Shown: positions 40,211 through 50,000 of the stretch, in pieces
Layout of the letters: the number at the start of each line of letters is the position of its first letter
Position numbering within the stretch: position 1 is the first letter of the stretch
Assembly (NCBI GenBank): GCA_964440275.1
Contig: CAYTRR010000010.1
Span: 58,808-122,807, forward strand
Direction of reading: 5' to 3'
DNA from: an uncultured Spirochaetales bacterium
Lineage (GTDB): Bacteria > Desulfobacterota_D > UBA1144
Length of the DNA stretch: 64,000 nucleotides
Program-made: the position numbers and the translations under genes
The notes under the pieces: model-generated
What the model saw: only the letters and a program-made list of their open reading frames with translations
Database searches by the model: none
Told to the model about the DNA's origin: nothing

Positions 40211-41209
40211 TTGGATGTGATAAATATGGATTTCTCAAAATTAGAAGATAAATTACTTACTAACGAAGAAAGCATAACCTTTGACGAAGCTATGGAGTTA
40301 ACTAATACTCCTAAGGATAAAATCTTAGAGCTCACAACTCTTGCGCGAAGAGTTACTTTGAAATACAAGGGTGATGGAGTTTTCTTAAGGTCAATCATTA
40401 GTGCCAAAACAGGAGACTGCTCAGAAGATTGCTCTTTCTGTTCTCAATCGGTTCATTATTCGTCACCTATTTCCAAACACCCATTCTTAGACCCAGAGGA
40501 AGTTCTACAAGCTGCATTACAATCTGAAAAAATGGGTGCATTCGATTTTTGTATAGTTATTGCAGTTAAAGGACCAAACAAGAGACAATTCAAAAAAGTT
40601 CTAGAATCTATAGAGTTGGTCAAAAAGCATACTAAGCTTGAGATTGGTTGCTCGCTTGGTAGCTTAACCAAAGAACAAGCACAGGGCTTAGCTCAAGCAG
40701 GTGTCTGGAGATACAATCACAATATAGAAGCATGTAGAGATTACTTTCCTAATATTTGTACTACCCATACATATCAAGAAAGAGTTGACACTGCAATGCT
40801 TGCGAAGGAAGCAGGTATGGAATTATGTTGCGGCGGAATTATTGGAATGGGTGAAACTGTAAAACAAAGAATTCAACTCGCTTTTGAGATTAAACAACTT
40901 GACCCACACACAGTTCCAATAAATTTTCTTAATCCCAGAAAAGGAACACCATTAGGTCATTTGAAACCCTTACCTAGCTTAGAGGCTATTAAAACTATTG
41001 CTATATTCAGATTAATAATGCCTAACAAAGTCTTAATGTCAGGCGGAGGTAGAGAGATTACATTGAGGGACCTACAATCTATGGGTATTATGGCTGGTTC
41101 AAATGGAATGATTATAGGTAATTATTTAACTACGGTAGGACGTTCACCGGAAGAAGACCTCAAGATGATTGAAGACTTAGAAATACCTATCAGGGATAGA
41201 TATAGCTAA
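40211..41209 (+). CDS. bioB: Biotin synthase
   Basis: CSEDCSFC radical SAM motif. 332 aa. Confidence 0.9.
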   Translation: MDVINMDFSKLEDKLLTNEESITFDEAMELTNTPKDKILELTTLARRVTLKYKGDGVFLRSIISAKTGDCSEDCSFCSQSVHYSSPISKHPFLDPEEVLQAALQSEKMGAFDFCIVIAVKGPNKRQFKKVLESIELVKKHTKLEIGCSLGSLTKEQAQGLAQAGVWRYNHNIEACRDYFPNICTTHTYQERVDTAMLAKEAGMELCCGGIIGMGETVKQRIQLAFEIKQLDPHTVPINFLNPRKGTPLGHLKPLPSLEAIKTIAIFRLIMPNKVLMSGGGREITLRDLQSMGIMAGSNGMIIGNYLTTVGRSPEEDLKMIEDLEIPIRDRYS

Positions 41210-41223
41210 ATCTAAAACCTACA

Positions 41224-42549
41224 ATGACCTCAAAATCCAAGATTAAATCTTATGATCTAGATTATATTTGGCATCCTTTTACTCAAATGAAAGAGTATGC
41301 CAAAGAAGATCCTGTTGTTATAGAAGACTCAGATGGAGTTTACTTGATTGATTCAGACGGCAAACGTTATATTGATGGAGTATCTTCCCTATGGGTGAAC
41401 ATACATGGACATAAAGTCGAAAAAATAGATGATGCATTAAAAAAACAACTCAATAAAAATTCTCATTCTACTTTACTAGGCGTAACAAACCCATCGGCAT
41501 CAATCCTAGCTAAAAAGTTAATCGATATAGTACCCAAAGGACTAAGAAAAGTTTTTTATTCAGGAGATGGGGCAAGTGCTGTAGAAGTAGCATTAAAAAT
41601 GGCCTTTCAGTATTGGATATTAAAAGATATGCCATCAAAGCAAAAATTCATTTGCCTTAAAGATGGGTATCATGGCGATACACTAGGTGCGGTTTCTGTT
41701 GGTGGTATCGATCTTTTTCATTCAGTTTACGACCCACTTCTCTTTGAGTCTTTTCACATTTCATCATATGATTCCTCTGACCAAACAATTTTAGAATTAG
41801 AAAAAATCTTAAGTGAAAAATCTAATGAGGTTGCCGCACTTATTTTAGAGCCTTATGTTCAAGCAGCAGGCGGTATAAAAGTTGCAAAGGATGGATACTT
41901 AAAGGAAATTAGATTAATTTGTGATAAATACAATATTCTTCTAATTGCTGATGAAGTTGCAACAGCTTTCGGAAGAACTGGAGAAATGTTCGCATGCAAT
42001 CATGATGACGTTACACCAGACATATTAGTTCTAGGTAAAGGTTTAACAAGCGGATATTTGCCGCTATCAGCAACTATAACAACAGAAAAAATCTTTGATG
42101 CTTTTCTTGGAGAAGTTGATGAACTAAAGGCATTTTACCATGGACATAGTTATAGTGGGAATCCTTTAGCGTGTGCAACAGGTATTGCGAATTTAGAAAT
42201 TTTTGAAGAAGATAAAACTATTTCAAAAATAAAACAGACTGTTGAAACTCTAGAGGATGAACTAAAAGAATTTAAAGGTCTTAGTCATGTTGCCGATATA
42301 AGGAACAAGGGCCTTATGGCTGGGATTGATCTTAAAAAAGATCCCATTAATGACATTCCCTATAATATAAGTGATAGGATTGGAAAAAGAGTTTGTGATT
42401 TAGCTAGAGAAGAAGGAGTTCTAATTAGACCACTTGGTGATACCATAGTAATAATGCCCCCGGTTTCAATAAAAGCAGAAGAATTAAAAAAACTTACTAA
42501 GTCAATCTATAAATGTATTAAAATAGTTACTGAGGATGAAAAAGAATAA
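41224..42549 (+). CDS. bioA: Adenosylmethionine-8-amino-7-oxononanoate aminotransferase
   Basis: Class III aminotransferase with BioA-typical N-terminus (WHPFTQM). Confidence 0.9.
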   Translation: MTSKSKIKSYDLDYIWHPFTQMKEYAKEDPVVIEDSDGVYLIDSDGKRYIDGVSSLWVNIHGHKVEKIDDALKKQLNKNSHSTLLGVTNPSASILAKKLIDIVPKGLRKVFYSGDGASAVEVALKMAFQYWILKDMPSKQKFICLKDGYHGDTLGAVSVGGIDLFHSVYDPLLFESFHISSYDSSDQTILELEKILSEKSNEVAALILEPYVQAAGGIKVAKDGYLKEIRLICDKYNILLIADEVATAFGRTGEMFACNHDDVTPDILVLGKGLTSGYLPLSATITTEKIFDAFLGEVDELKAFYHGHSYSGNPLACATGIANLEIFEEDKTISKIKQTVETLEDELKEFKGLSHVADIRNKGLMAGIDLKKDPINDIPYNISDRIGKRVCDLAREEGVLIRPLGDTIVIMPPVSIKAEELKKLTKSIYKCIKIVTEDEKE

Positions 42550-44071
42550 TTTTGATAAATCTATATCCAGAAAACTGAGAGAAATCAAAAGTGCAAACCT
42601 ACATAGGACTTTGATAGAAATCTCTAGTTCAATGGGACCTGAAATTAAAATTGGTAAAAAACAATTTTACCAATTCGCTTCAAATAATTATTTAGGTCTC
42701 ACCATTAATCCAGAAGTTATAAAGTCCTCTGTTGAAACTACAAGAAGTTTTGGAACTGGAACGGGTGGATCTCGCCTTGTTACAGGAACATCATCCCTTC
42801 ACAAAGAGCTTGAAAAAGAAATAGCGATATTTAAAAAAACTGATGATGCTATCCTATTTAGCTCAGGCTATTTGGCTAATATTGGAACAATATCAAGTAT
42901 TATGGGAGAAGGTGATGTTATTTTTAGCGATGAATTGAATCATGCTTCTTTAATAGATGGATGCAAGCTATCAAAAGCAAAAACCATAATTTATAAACAC
43001 TGTGACATGTTAGATTTAGAAAAGAAAATAAATAAATTCGCTAAAGGGATGAACCAGAAGATGATTGTTACAGATAGTGTTTTTAGCATGGATGGAGACA
43101 TAGCTCCCTTAGATAAAATTGTAGATTTATGTGAGAAATATGATTGCATTTCTATGATTGATGAAGCTCACGCTACAGGAATACTTGGAAAGACAGGTGC
43201 TGGAGCCAGTGAATTTTTTCAGATAGAGAATAGAATTGATATATGCATGGGAACTCTTTCTAAAGCAATAGGTTCTATCGGCGGCTATGTAGCAGGATCT
43301 TATGATTTAGTAGACTTTTTAAAAAATAGGGCTAGATCTTTTATTTTTGATACATCGTTACCCGCATCCTCTCTTAGTGCAGCGATTTCAGGAATTAAAA
43401 TTATTGCGAACAATACATCTCTAAGGGAGAATCTAAGCAATAATATAAAAAAACTATCAAATTTTTTGGAGGAGCATGACTTCAATCATATAAATTCTCA
43501 AACCGCCATTATCCCGATTGTAATAGGAGAAGAAAAAAAGACTTTAGAAGTTTCCAATTCTTTATTTGCCAATGGAGTATTCGTCCCTGCGGTAAGACCT
43601 CCATCTGTCCCTCTAGGACAAGCAAGAATTCGCATCACGCTTATGTCTTTACATAAGCAAAAACATCTAGAGCGACTTTTTAATTCTCTATTAGCCGCTA
43701 AGAAGATAATAGACAAGACTCAAAGAAAAAGTAAGATTAGATTAAATAAAGAAACCAAGTTGCTACCTAAATTAGATAACGAATTTGAGGTGTTTTGGAA
43801 GCTGCTTGCAGGAAGAAAAATAAATAAAAAAAAGGCAAGGCTCGAATATTTGAAAGTAAATACTAATTTGTCGGCGAATGAACTAGCTCAAAAATTTAAT
43901 CAACTGTATAATCAAACTGAGGATAAAAAATATGTACCTTATCCAGAAAGATGGCTAAAATATGAACGATGGAATGATGAATTAATAGAAGTATCAAAAG
44001 GTGAAAGAGTCTATCGTGACAATCAGGGATATGTAATCTCAAAAGAAGATTGGGAGAAAAAGCAAGTTTAG
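42536..44071 (+). CDS. bioF: 8-amino-7-oxononanoate synthase with an about 125 aa C-terminal extension of unknown function
   Basis: AONS/alpha-oxoamine synthase core over the first about 385 aa. The extension is Lys-rich with no recognisable domain. Confidence 0.8.
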   Translation: MKKNNFDKSISRKLREIKSANLHRTLIEISSSMGPEIKIGKKQFYQFASNNYLGLTINPEVIKSSVETTRSFGTGTGGSRLVTGTSSLHKELEKEIAIFKKTDDAILFSSGYLANIGTISSIMGEGDVIFSDELNHASLIDGCKLSKAKTIIYKHCDMLDLEKKINKFAKGMNQKMIVTDSVFSMDGDIAPLDKIVDLCEKYDCISMIDEAHATGILGKTGAGASEFFQIENRIDICMGTLSKAIGSIGGYVAGSYDLVDFLKNRARSFIFDTSLPASSLSAAISGIKIIANNTSLRENLSNNIKKLSNFLEEHDFNHINSQTAIIPIVIGEEKKTLEVSNSLFANGVFVPAVRPPSVPLGQARIRITLMSLHKQKHLERLFNSLLAAKKIIDKTQRKSKIRLNKETKLLPKLDNEFEVFWKLLAGRKINKKKARLEYLKVNTNLSANELAQKFNQLYNQTEDKKYVPYPERWLKYERWNDELIEVSKGERVYRDNQGYVISKEDWEKKQV

Positions 44072-44085
44072 CTTAAATAAAAAAA

Positions 44086-45489
44086 ATGAGAAAAGTTATA
44101 TTTGTACTTCTAGATGGTTCTAGAGTTGATTCTATAAACAAATATTTAGAAGAAGGACATCTTCCCAATTTAAAAAGTGTAATCGAAAATGAAGGGTCCA
44201 TTCAAAATGCAGTATCTGTGTTTCCTTCGACAACTGGGCCCGCTTATATTCCATTTCTTATGGGCTTATACCCTGGTAACGCAAACCTACCTGGTATTCG
44301 TTGGTTCGATAAATATAAGTTTGCTCAAAATAAATCGCATTATAATTCTCATAGAAGCTATGTAGGAATTGAATCAGTATTTTTAAATTCTGATATTAAG
44401 AAATCCAAAAAAACAATATTTGAATCTATAGACAAATCAAGATCAATCTTTAACGAGATTACAAGAGGACTAAGGGCAGAGTTTGACATGACAAAGATGT
44501 CTAAAATATATTATAAGATGAAATCTCATTTCTATGGTTCAAATGACATCGACTCAGTGGCATTTAAAAAACTCCTTACAGCAATGGATACAGACGCAGA
44601 GTTTATCTTTTGTTGTATCCATGGGGTAGATTCAAATGCTCATATATATGGTTGCGACAACAACATTGTAGTTGAATCTTATAAAAATTTCGATTCAAAT
44701 TTAGGATTGATTATAAATAAAATTAAAAGCGACAATAAAAAGAACGACACTTTACTTATTGTTACTAGCGATCATGGACATTCAAACACTCAAACTCACA
44801 TAGATTTAGTTGAATTTCTTAGAAGGAGAGATTTGAATGTATTGTCATACCCTATGATATTCAATAAGTACTTAAGCGATATCAACTCTTCTGTTATGGT
44901 GTCAGGAAACTCTATGGCTCATATTTATTTAAAAAATAAATCTAATTGGAAAAATAAAACTTACTTCAAAGAGTCTGATAAATTGATTAATGATTTACTG
45001 GAAACTGATGGAATTGATATCGTTGCTACCTTAAATGAAAAACAACAAATACTAGTAAAAAGTAAAAGAGGGTCGGCATTGATTGAAGAAAAGGAAAATC
45101 TTATTTCGTACCAACCTTTAAACAATGATCCATTTAATTACAAAAAAATGAAGGAATTACTTTCAACAGAAGAAATTTTAGAGGAGACTCACAATACTGA
45201 GTATCCAGATGCAATAACTCAACTAGCCCAGATTTTTAAATCCCCCCGCTGTGGAGATTTAATTATTAGCGCTGAACAGGGTTACGATTTAAGGGAAAAG
45301 TTTGAATATCCAGAACATAAATCCTCCCACGGTTCTCTTACGAGAGATCATATGCTTGTACCTCTTATTCTTAATAGAAAGATTAGTGAAAAGAAAATAA
45401 GAACTGTTGATTTGTTCCCAACTATACTAGATTATTTAGGAAAAGACCTCCCAAATAGTATTGACGGAAAAAAATTAAAAATTTACTAA
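44086..45489 (+). CDS. Alkaline-phosphatase-superfamily type I phosphodiesterase/nucleotide pyrophosphatase family protein
   Basis: FPSTTGPAY...GLYPG...GI and TSDHGH motifs. Confidence 0.7.
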   Translation: MRKVIFVLLDGSRVDSINKYLEEGHLPNLKSVIENEGSIQNAVSVFPSTTGPAYIPFLMGLYPGNANLPGIRWFDKYKFAQNKSHYNSHRSYVGIESVFLNSDIKKSKKTIFESIDKSRSIFNEITRGLRAEFDMTKMSKIYYKMKSHFYGSNDIDSVAFKKLLTAMDTDAEFIFCCIHGVDSNAHIYGCDNNIVVESYKNFDSNLGLIINKIKSDNKKNDTLLIVTSDHGHSNTQTHIDLVEFLRRRDLNVLSYPMIFNKYLSDINSSVMVSGNSMAHIYLKNKSNWKNKTYFKESDKLINDLLETDGIDIVATLNEKQQILVKSKRGSALIEEKENLISYQPLNNDPFNYKKMKELLSTEEILEETHNTEYPDAITQLAQIFKSPRCGDLIISAEQGYDLREKFEYPEHKSSHGSLTRDHMLVPLILNRKISEKKIRTVDLFPTILDYLGKDLPNSIDGKKLKIY

Positions 45490-45981
45490 ATCTTTTTTAT
45501 TTAAAAGATCTTTCAAGTCTTTCTCTACGTCTTCTTCTTTAATCTTCGAAGTAGCACTTATTTCTTTTACTAGTCTATTAAAAGCATTTTCAAGTATTTT
45601 TTGTTCGCCGAAAGACAACTCCTTTCCTTTTGAAATGTCATTAATTTCTCTAAATACTTCGCCAGCTTTAATGATATTTCCGGTTTTTAATTTCTCTGTG
45701 TATGTTCTATATCTTTTATTCCAACTAACATTATCTTCTATTTTATATTTACTTTTTCCTTTGATTAGCAGCCACAATTGTTTAAGCTCACTCTTTTTTG
45801 CAATAGGTCTTAGACCCCTCGCATGGACAGAATTCTGCGGAATCATAACAGTAACATCACTATCAACAACCTTTAATATCAAAAACTTATGAGAAACATC
45901 AGCGATGCTTTTTTCTTCAATTGAGGTTACCGTAACAAGGCCATGAGATGGATAGACGGCTTTATCACCGACTTTATACAT
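45475..45981 (-). CDS. CarD/CdnL-family transcriptional regulator (RNAP-interacting domain)
   Basis: N-terminal YKVGDKAVYPSHGLVTV, typical of CarD_TRCF. Confidence 0.7.
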   Translation of the reverse strand: MYKVGDKAVYPSHGLVTVTSIEEKSIADVSHKFLILKVVDSDVTVMIPQNSVHARGLRPIAKKSELKQLWLLIKGKSKYKIEDNVSWNKRYRTYTEKLKTGNIIKAGEVFREINDISKGKELSFGEQKILENAFNRLVKEISATSKIKEEDVEKDLKDLLNKKDLVNF

Positions 45982-46055
45982 ATTTAATTATCTCACAATT
46001 AATATTTTACTGCAATTTGTATTTATAGTTTTTTTAATTGACTAAATAAATAATC

Positions 46056-47039
46056 ATGATTTATATTCAACATATGGATGTTAATAATTTGTTGAGAACT
46101 TTTGAGAGATCTTTAAGGGGAGAGAAGTTGTCTAAAAACACTATTCATACCTATCTAAATGATCTGTCTTTTTATCTTTCACAAAAAGATTGTGTTAAGG
46201 AAAATGTGGATTCAAAAAAATTTTCTAAAGCTGTAAGTAAAGAAAGCATTGTAGAATATTTTCAAAATATCATTTTATCAGATAAGTACAATGACAATGT
46301 TAAATTAAAAGGAAAATTAAGAAGAACAGCTGCAAAGAAAATGTCATCCTTTGCCAAATTTTTTATATATTTAGAAAGAGAAGAAATTATTCCTAACAAT
46401 TATTTGAAAGCGATAAATCGCAGCGAATTAATTGGAAAGTATGAAAAAAGTACTGAACATAAAAACTATATAGACCAAAAAGAATTGTTTTTATTTGTTC
46501 AGCAGCTTGATATTCTTAAAAAAGCTAACAAAAATGATTATATTTTACTGAGAGACGTAACCATATTATTTATTTTAATATTTACCGGCGTAAGGGTTAC
46601 GGAGGTCGTTAACATAATGACTTCTCATGTAGATTTTAATAACAATTACATTCATAGCGTTATGAGAAAAGGTGGAAAAAAAACAAAGATTCCAATAGAG
46701 AAGGATTTTCTTAAACCAGCAATCAACGACTATAAAGGATTGAGAGAAGAAAAACCATTTGAGAACCAATCTTTTTTTACTAATGCTAGAGGGAATCCGA
46801 TTTCGAGGCAAACAATTTATAGAATGGTAGAAAAATATTCATTGAGATTTCTCAATTATAGAGTCCATCCACATACTTTTAGACACACATTTGCTACTTG
46901 CTTATTGCAGAATGGTGCAACTACTGCTGAAGTAAAAACAATGCTTGATCATGAAAATATTACCTCCACTGAAGTATATGAACATGTAAATGAAATAAAA
47001 ACTAAGTATAATCTTATAAATAATTTTTATAAAAAATAA
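46056..47039 (+). CDS. Tyrosine site-specific recombinase (XerC/XerD-like)
   Basis: R...HxxR...Y catalytic residues (HPHTFRHTFAT, TEVYEHV) and an N-terminal SAM-like domain. Confidence 0.75.
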   Translation: MIYIQHMDVNNLLRTFERSLRGEKLSKNTIHTYLNDLSFYLSQKDCVKENVDSKKFSKAVSKESIVEYFQNIILSDKYNDNVKLKGKLRRTAAKKMSSFAKFFIYLEREEIIPNNYLKAINRSELIGKYEKSTEHKNYIDQKELFLFVQQLDILKKANKNDYILLRDVTILFILIFTGVRVTEVVNIMTSHVDFNNNYIHSVMRKGGKKTKIPIEKDFLKPAINDYKGLREEKPFENQSFFTNARGNPISRQTIYRMVEKYSLRFLNYRVHPHTFRHTFATCLLQNGATTAEVKTMLDHENITSTEVYEHVNEIKTKYNLINNFYKK

Positions 47040-47065
47040 GAGAATTTTGTAAGTAGCATAAAAAT

Positions 47066-47917
47066 ATGAAAAAAAATATTCAGAGAGCAAATACTTTAAT
47101 AGAAGCGATACCTTATATTAAGAAATTCAATTCAAAGACCATAGTGTTTAAATATGGCGGCAGCATTGGATCAGAGGATTTTTCTAACTTTGCCAGAGAT
47201 TTAGTCTTAATGAAATTGGTTGGAATAAATCCGGTTGTAGTCCATGGCGGTGGCGCAGAAATAAATAAGGCACTAGATGCCAATGGAATTGAATCAGAGT
47301 TTTTTAATGGACTTAGAATTACTTGCGATAAAACTATACAGATTGTTGAGAAAGTTCTAGGGGGGAAGGTTAACAAAGAGATTGTGACGGAGATTAATTC
47401 TAATGGTGGTAGCTCTGTTGGTATTTCTGGAAAAGATGGCGGGCTCCTTAAGGTAAAAAAAATTAAGATTAAAAGAAAAGGAGTTGACTTAGGAAGAGTT
47501 GGTCAAATCGTCAAGGTTGATTCAAAAATTATTATTGAACTTCAAGAAAGTGGATACATCCCAGTAATTGCACCGATTGGGTGTGACAACAAGGGTGTTA
47601 CATATAATATTAATGCGGACCATGCAGCTTCAAAGATTGCTTCCGCACTCAAAGCAGAAAAATTGATTGTTCTTACAAATGTACCTGGGATTTCAGGAGG
47701 GGACGGAAAGCTAATATCATCATTAAAGAAGAAAGATGCTAATTCTCTCATCAAAAAGGGTGTAATAGAAAAAGGAATGTTGCCAAAAGTCCAATGTCTC
47801 ATAGATGCTTTGTCTGATGGAGTTGGAAAAGCGCATATTATTGATGGAAGAATCCCTCATGCTGTTATACTAGAAACTTTTACAGATTCGGGCATAGGCA
47901 CAGAGATTTTATTATGA
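47066..47917 (+). CDS. argB: Acetylglutamate kinase
   Basis: Amino acid kinase fold (FKYGGS). Confidence 0.9.
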   Translation: MKKNIQRANTLIEAIPYIKKFNSKTIVFKYGGSIGSEDFSNFARDLVLMKLVGINPVVVHGGGAEINKALDANGIESEFFNGLRITCDKTIQIVEKVLGGKVNKEIVTEINSNGGSSVGISGKDGGLLKVKKIKIKRKGVDLGRVGQIVKVDSKIIIELQESGYIPVIAPIGCDNKGVTYNINADHAASKIASALKAEKLIVLTNVPGISGGDGKLISSLKKKDANSLIKKGVIEKGMLPKVQCLIDALSDGVGKAHIIDGRIPHAVILETFTDSGIGTEILL

Positions 47918-47924
47918 GGAAATT

Positions 47925-49124
47925 TTGAGGAAGTCGAAATTAATTTCAAAAAATAATCAGTATTTGATTCAAAATTATAAAAGATATCCTATTAATATCG
48001 TTCAAGGATTAGGCTCATGGGTTTATGATTCAGATGGAAATAGGTACCTAGATTTTACTTCAGGAATAGCAGTAAACAATTTAGGACATAACAACAGAGA
48101 AATCAACTTATCAATTAGAAAACAACTGAAAAAGATTACACATGTTTCGAATCTTTTTCTAATAGAAGAACAAGTGAAATTTGCTGAAGCATTGGTAAAA
48201 TCTAAACCTGGATACAAGACTTTTTTTTGTAATAGTGGCACCGAGGCTAATGAAGCTGCAATTAAACTAGTAAGAAAATGGGGTCTTTTTAATGAAAATA
48301 AAAAAGTAATAGTGTCCGCTTCTGGGGGATTTCATGGAAGAACCCTAGGTTCGTTGAGTGCGACGAGTCCAAAAAAATACAGAGAAGGCTTTTACCCTCT
48401 AGTCCCAGGATTTAAATCGGTAGAATTCAATAATATTGATAAGTTAGAAAAGATGATATCGAAAAATAAAGATATAGCTGGGATTCTTCTTGAACCAATA
48501 CAAGGAGAAGCTGGGGTTAAATTAGCACAAAAGAATTATCTAAAGGGAGTAGAAAATTTATGTAAAAAGAATAAAATCCTTTTCATGCTAGATGAGATTC
48601 AAGTAGGGCTTGGAAGAACAGGGAGATTATATTGCCATGAACATTTTAATATCAAACCTGATATTATTTGCTTAGCAAAAGGCTTAGGAGGGGGTCTTCC
48701 ATGTGGTGCTATTCTTGCCAAATTGAAAATTGCAGACTTTCTAACGCCAGGATCTCATGGAACAACCATGGGTGGTAATCCGCTGGCTATGACAGCAGGA
48801 CTAGCAAGTTTTAACCAAACAAAGAAGGCAACCTTTTTGAAAGAAGTAGAAAAAAAGGGAAAGTATTTCCTGGATGAATTAAAAAAAATGAAAAAAAATA
48901 AATCAGTTAAAGAGGTGAGAGGGTTAGGTCTAATCTTAGCAATTGAGTTCCATTCCGAAGATTTTGCAAAACAATTTTCTCAAAAGTGTATAAAAAAAGG
49001 TCTTTTAATCATACTTACTGAAAAATTTAATATTAGAATCTTGCCACCTCTTAATGTTAAAATAAATGAGATAAGGAAATCTATAGAAATATTTAATTCC
49101 GTTTTTGATGAAGCAAATGAGTAG
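47925..49124 (+). CDS. argD: Acetylornithine aminotransferase
   Basis: Class III aminotransferase within the arg cluster. Confidence 0.85.
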   Translation: MRKSKLISKNNQYLIQNYKRYPINIVQGLGSWVYDSDGNRYLDFTSGIAVNNLGHNNREINLSIRKQLKKITHVSNLFLIEEQVKFAEALVKSKPGYKTFFCNSGTEANEAAIKLVRKWGLFNENKKVIVSASGGFHGRTLGSLSATSPKKYREGFYPLVPGFKSVEFNNIDKLEKMISKNKDIAGILLEPIQGEAGVKLAQKNYLKGVENLCKKNKILFMLDEIQVGLGRTGRLYCHEHFNIKPDIICLAKGLGGGLPCGAILAKLKIADFLTPGSHGTTMGGNPLAMTAGLASFNQTKKATFLKEVEKKGKYFLDELKKMKKNKSVKEVRGLGLILAIEFHSEDFAKQFSQKCIKKGLLIILTEKFNIRILPPLNVKINEIRKSIEIFNSVFDEANE

Positions 49125-49998
49125 GTCACTTATATCAATTTCAGATTTTAACAACATAGATTTAGAATCTATTCTTGAATCTACATCTTTGTTCAAAAAC
49201 AATAAAGTATCTTCAAAACATGAAGGTAAATGTATAGGTTTGTTGTTTGAAAAATTTTCAACTAGAACAAGACTGTCATTTGAAGTTGCTATATCTAGAC
49301 TTGGCGCTTATCCAATATATATAAATAAATCGGATACTCAAATATCTAGGGGAGAATCAATTGAAGAAACTGCAAAAATGTTTTCTCTTTATCTTGACGC
49401 ATTAGTTTATAGAACCTCAAGACATAAAGACTTAGAAGACTTTAACAAGTTTTCAGATATACCAGTAATTAATGCTCTTTCAGATTTAGAACATCCAACT
49501 CAGATTATTTCAGATATTTTCTCTATACTAGACACTCATCCTGATTGTGAGTCTATAAAGGATTTAAAAGATTTAAAAATTGTCTACATTGGTGATGGCA
49601 ACAACATTGCTAATTCATTAACTCTTGCTGCAGACATTATGAAGCTAAATTTAACTATATGTACACCTTTAGGGTATGAACCCAAAGATAAAAAATATTG
49701 GATTGATAATCCAAAAAAAGCACTAGCTGATGCAGATGTTGTATATACCGATGTATGGACTAGTATGGGAAGTGAAGGAGAAGAGCTGAAAAGAATTAAA
49801 GACTTTGAGAATTATCAAATTAATTCTGAATCAATTAGATTAGCAAATAAAGACTATTCCTTTATGCATTGTTTACCCGCACATATTGGAGAAGAAGTTA
49901 CTAAAGATATTATAGAATCATCAAATTCAATAGTTTACCAACAAGCTGAAAATAAGAAATATACTGCAATGGCAATTATTGATTATATTTTAAAATAA
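49105..49998 (+). CDS. argF: Ornithine carbamoyltransferase
   Basis: STRTR, HPTQ, DVWTSMG and HCLPA motifs. Confidence 0.8.
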   Translation: MMKQMSRSLISISDFNNIDLESILESTSLFKNNKVSSKHEGKCIGLLFEKFSTRTRLSFEVAISRLGAYPIYINKSDTQISRGESIEETAKMFSLYLDALVYRTSRHKDLEDFNKFSDIPVINALSDLEHPTQIISDIFSILDTHPDCESIKDLKDLKIVYIGDGNNIANSLTLAADIMKLNLTICTPLGYEPKDKKYWIDNPKKALADADVVYTDVWTSMGSEGEELKRIKDFENYQINSESIRLANKDYSFMHCLPAHIGEEVTKDIIESSNSIVYQQAENKKYTAMAIIDYILK

Positions 49999-50000
49999 TT

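Noticed and set aside
40165-40407. 80 aa minus-strand ORF at the bioB start
   Set aside because: It overlaps the bioB 5' end in antisense and has no features. Probably spurious.
49105-49998. Possibility that argF encodes an N-acetyl- or N-succinyl-ornithine carbamoyltransferase, as in Bacteroides or Xanthomonas
   Set aside because: The canonical ornithine-binding DxxxSMG (DVWTSMG) and HCLP motifs are present, which favours a standard OTCase.
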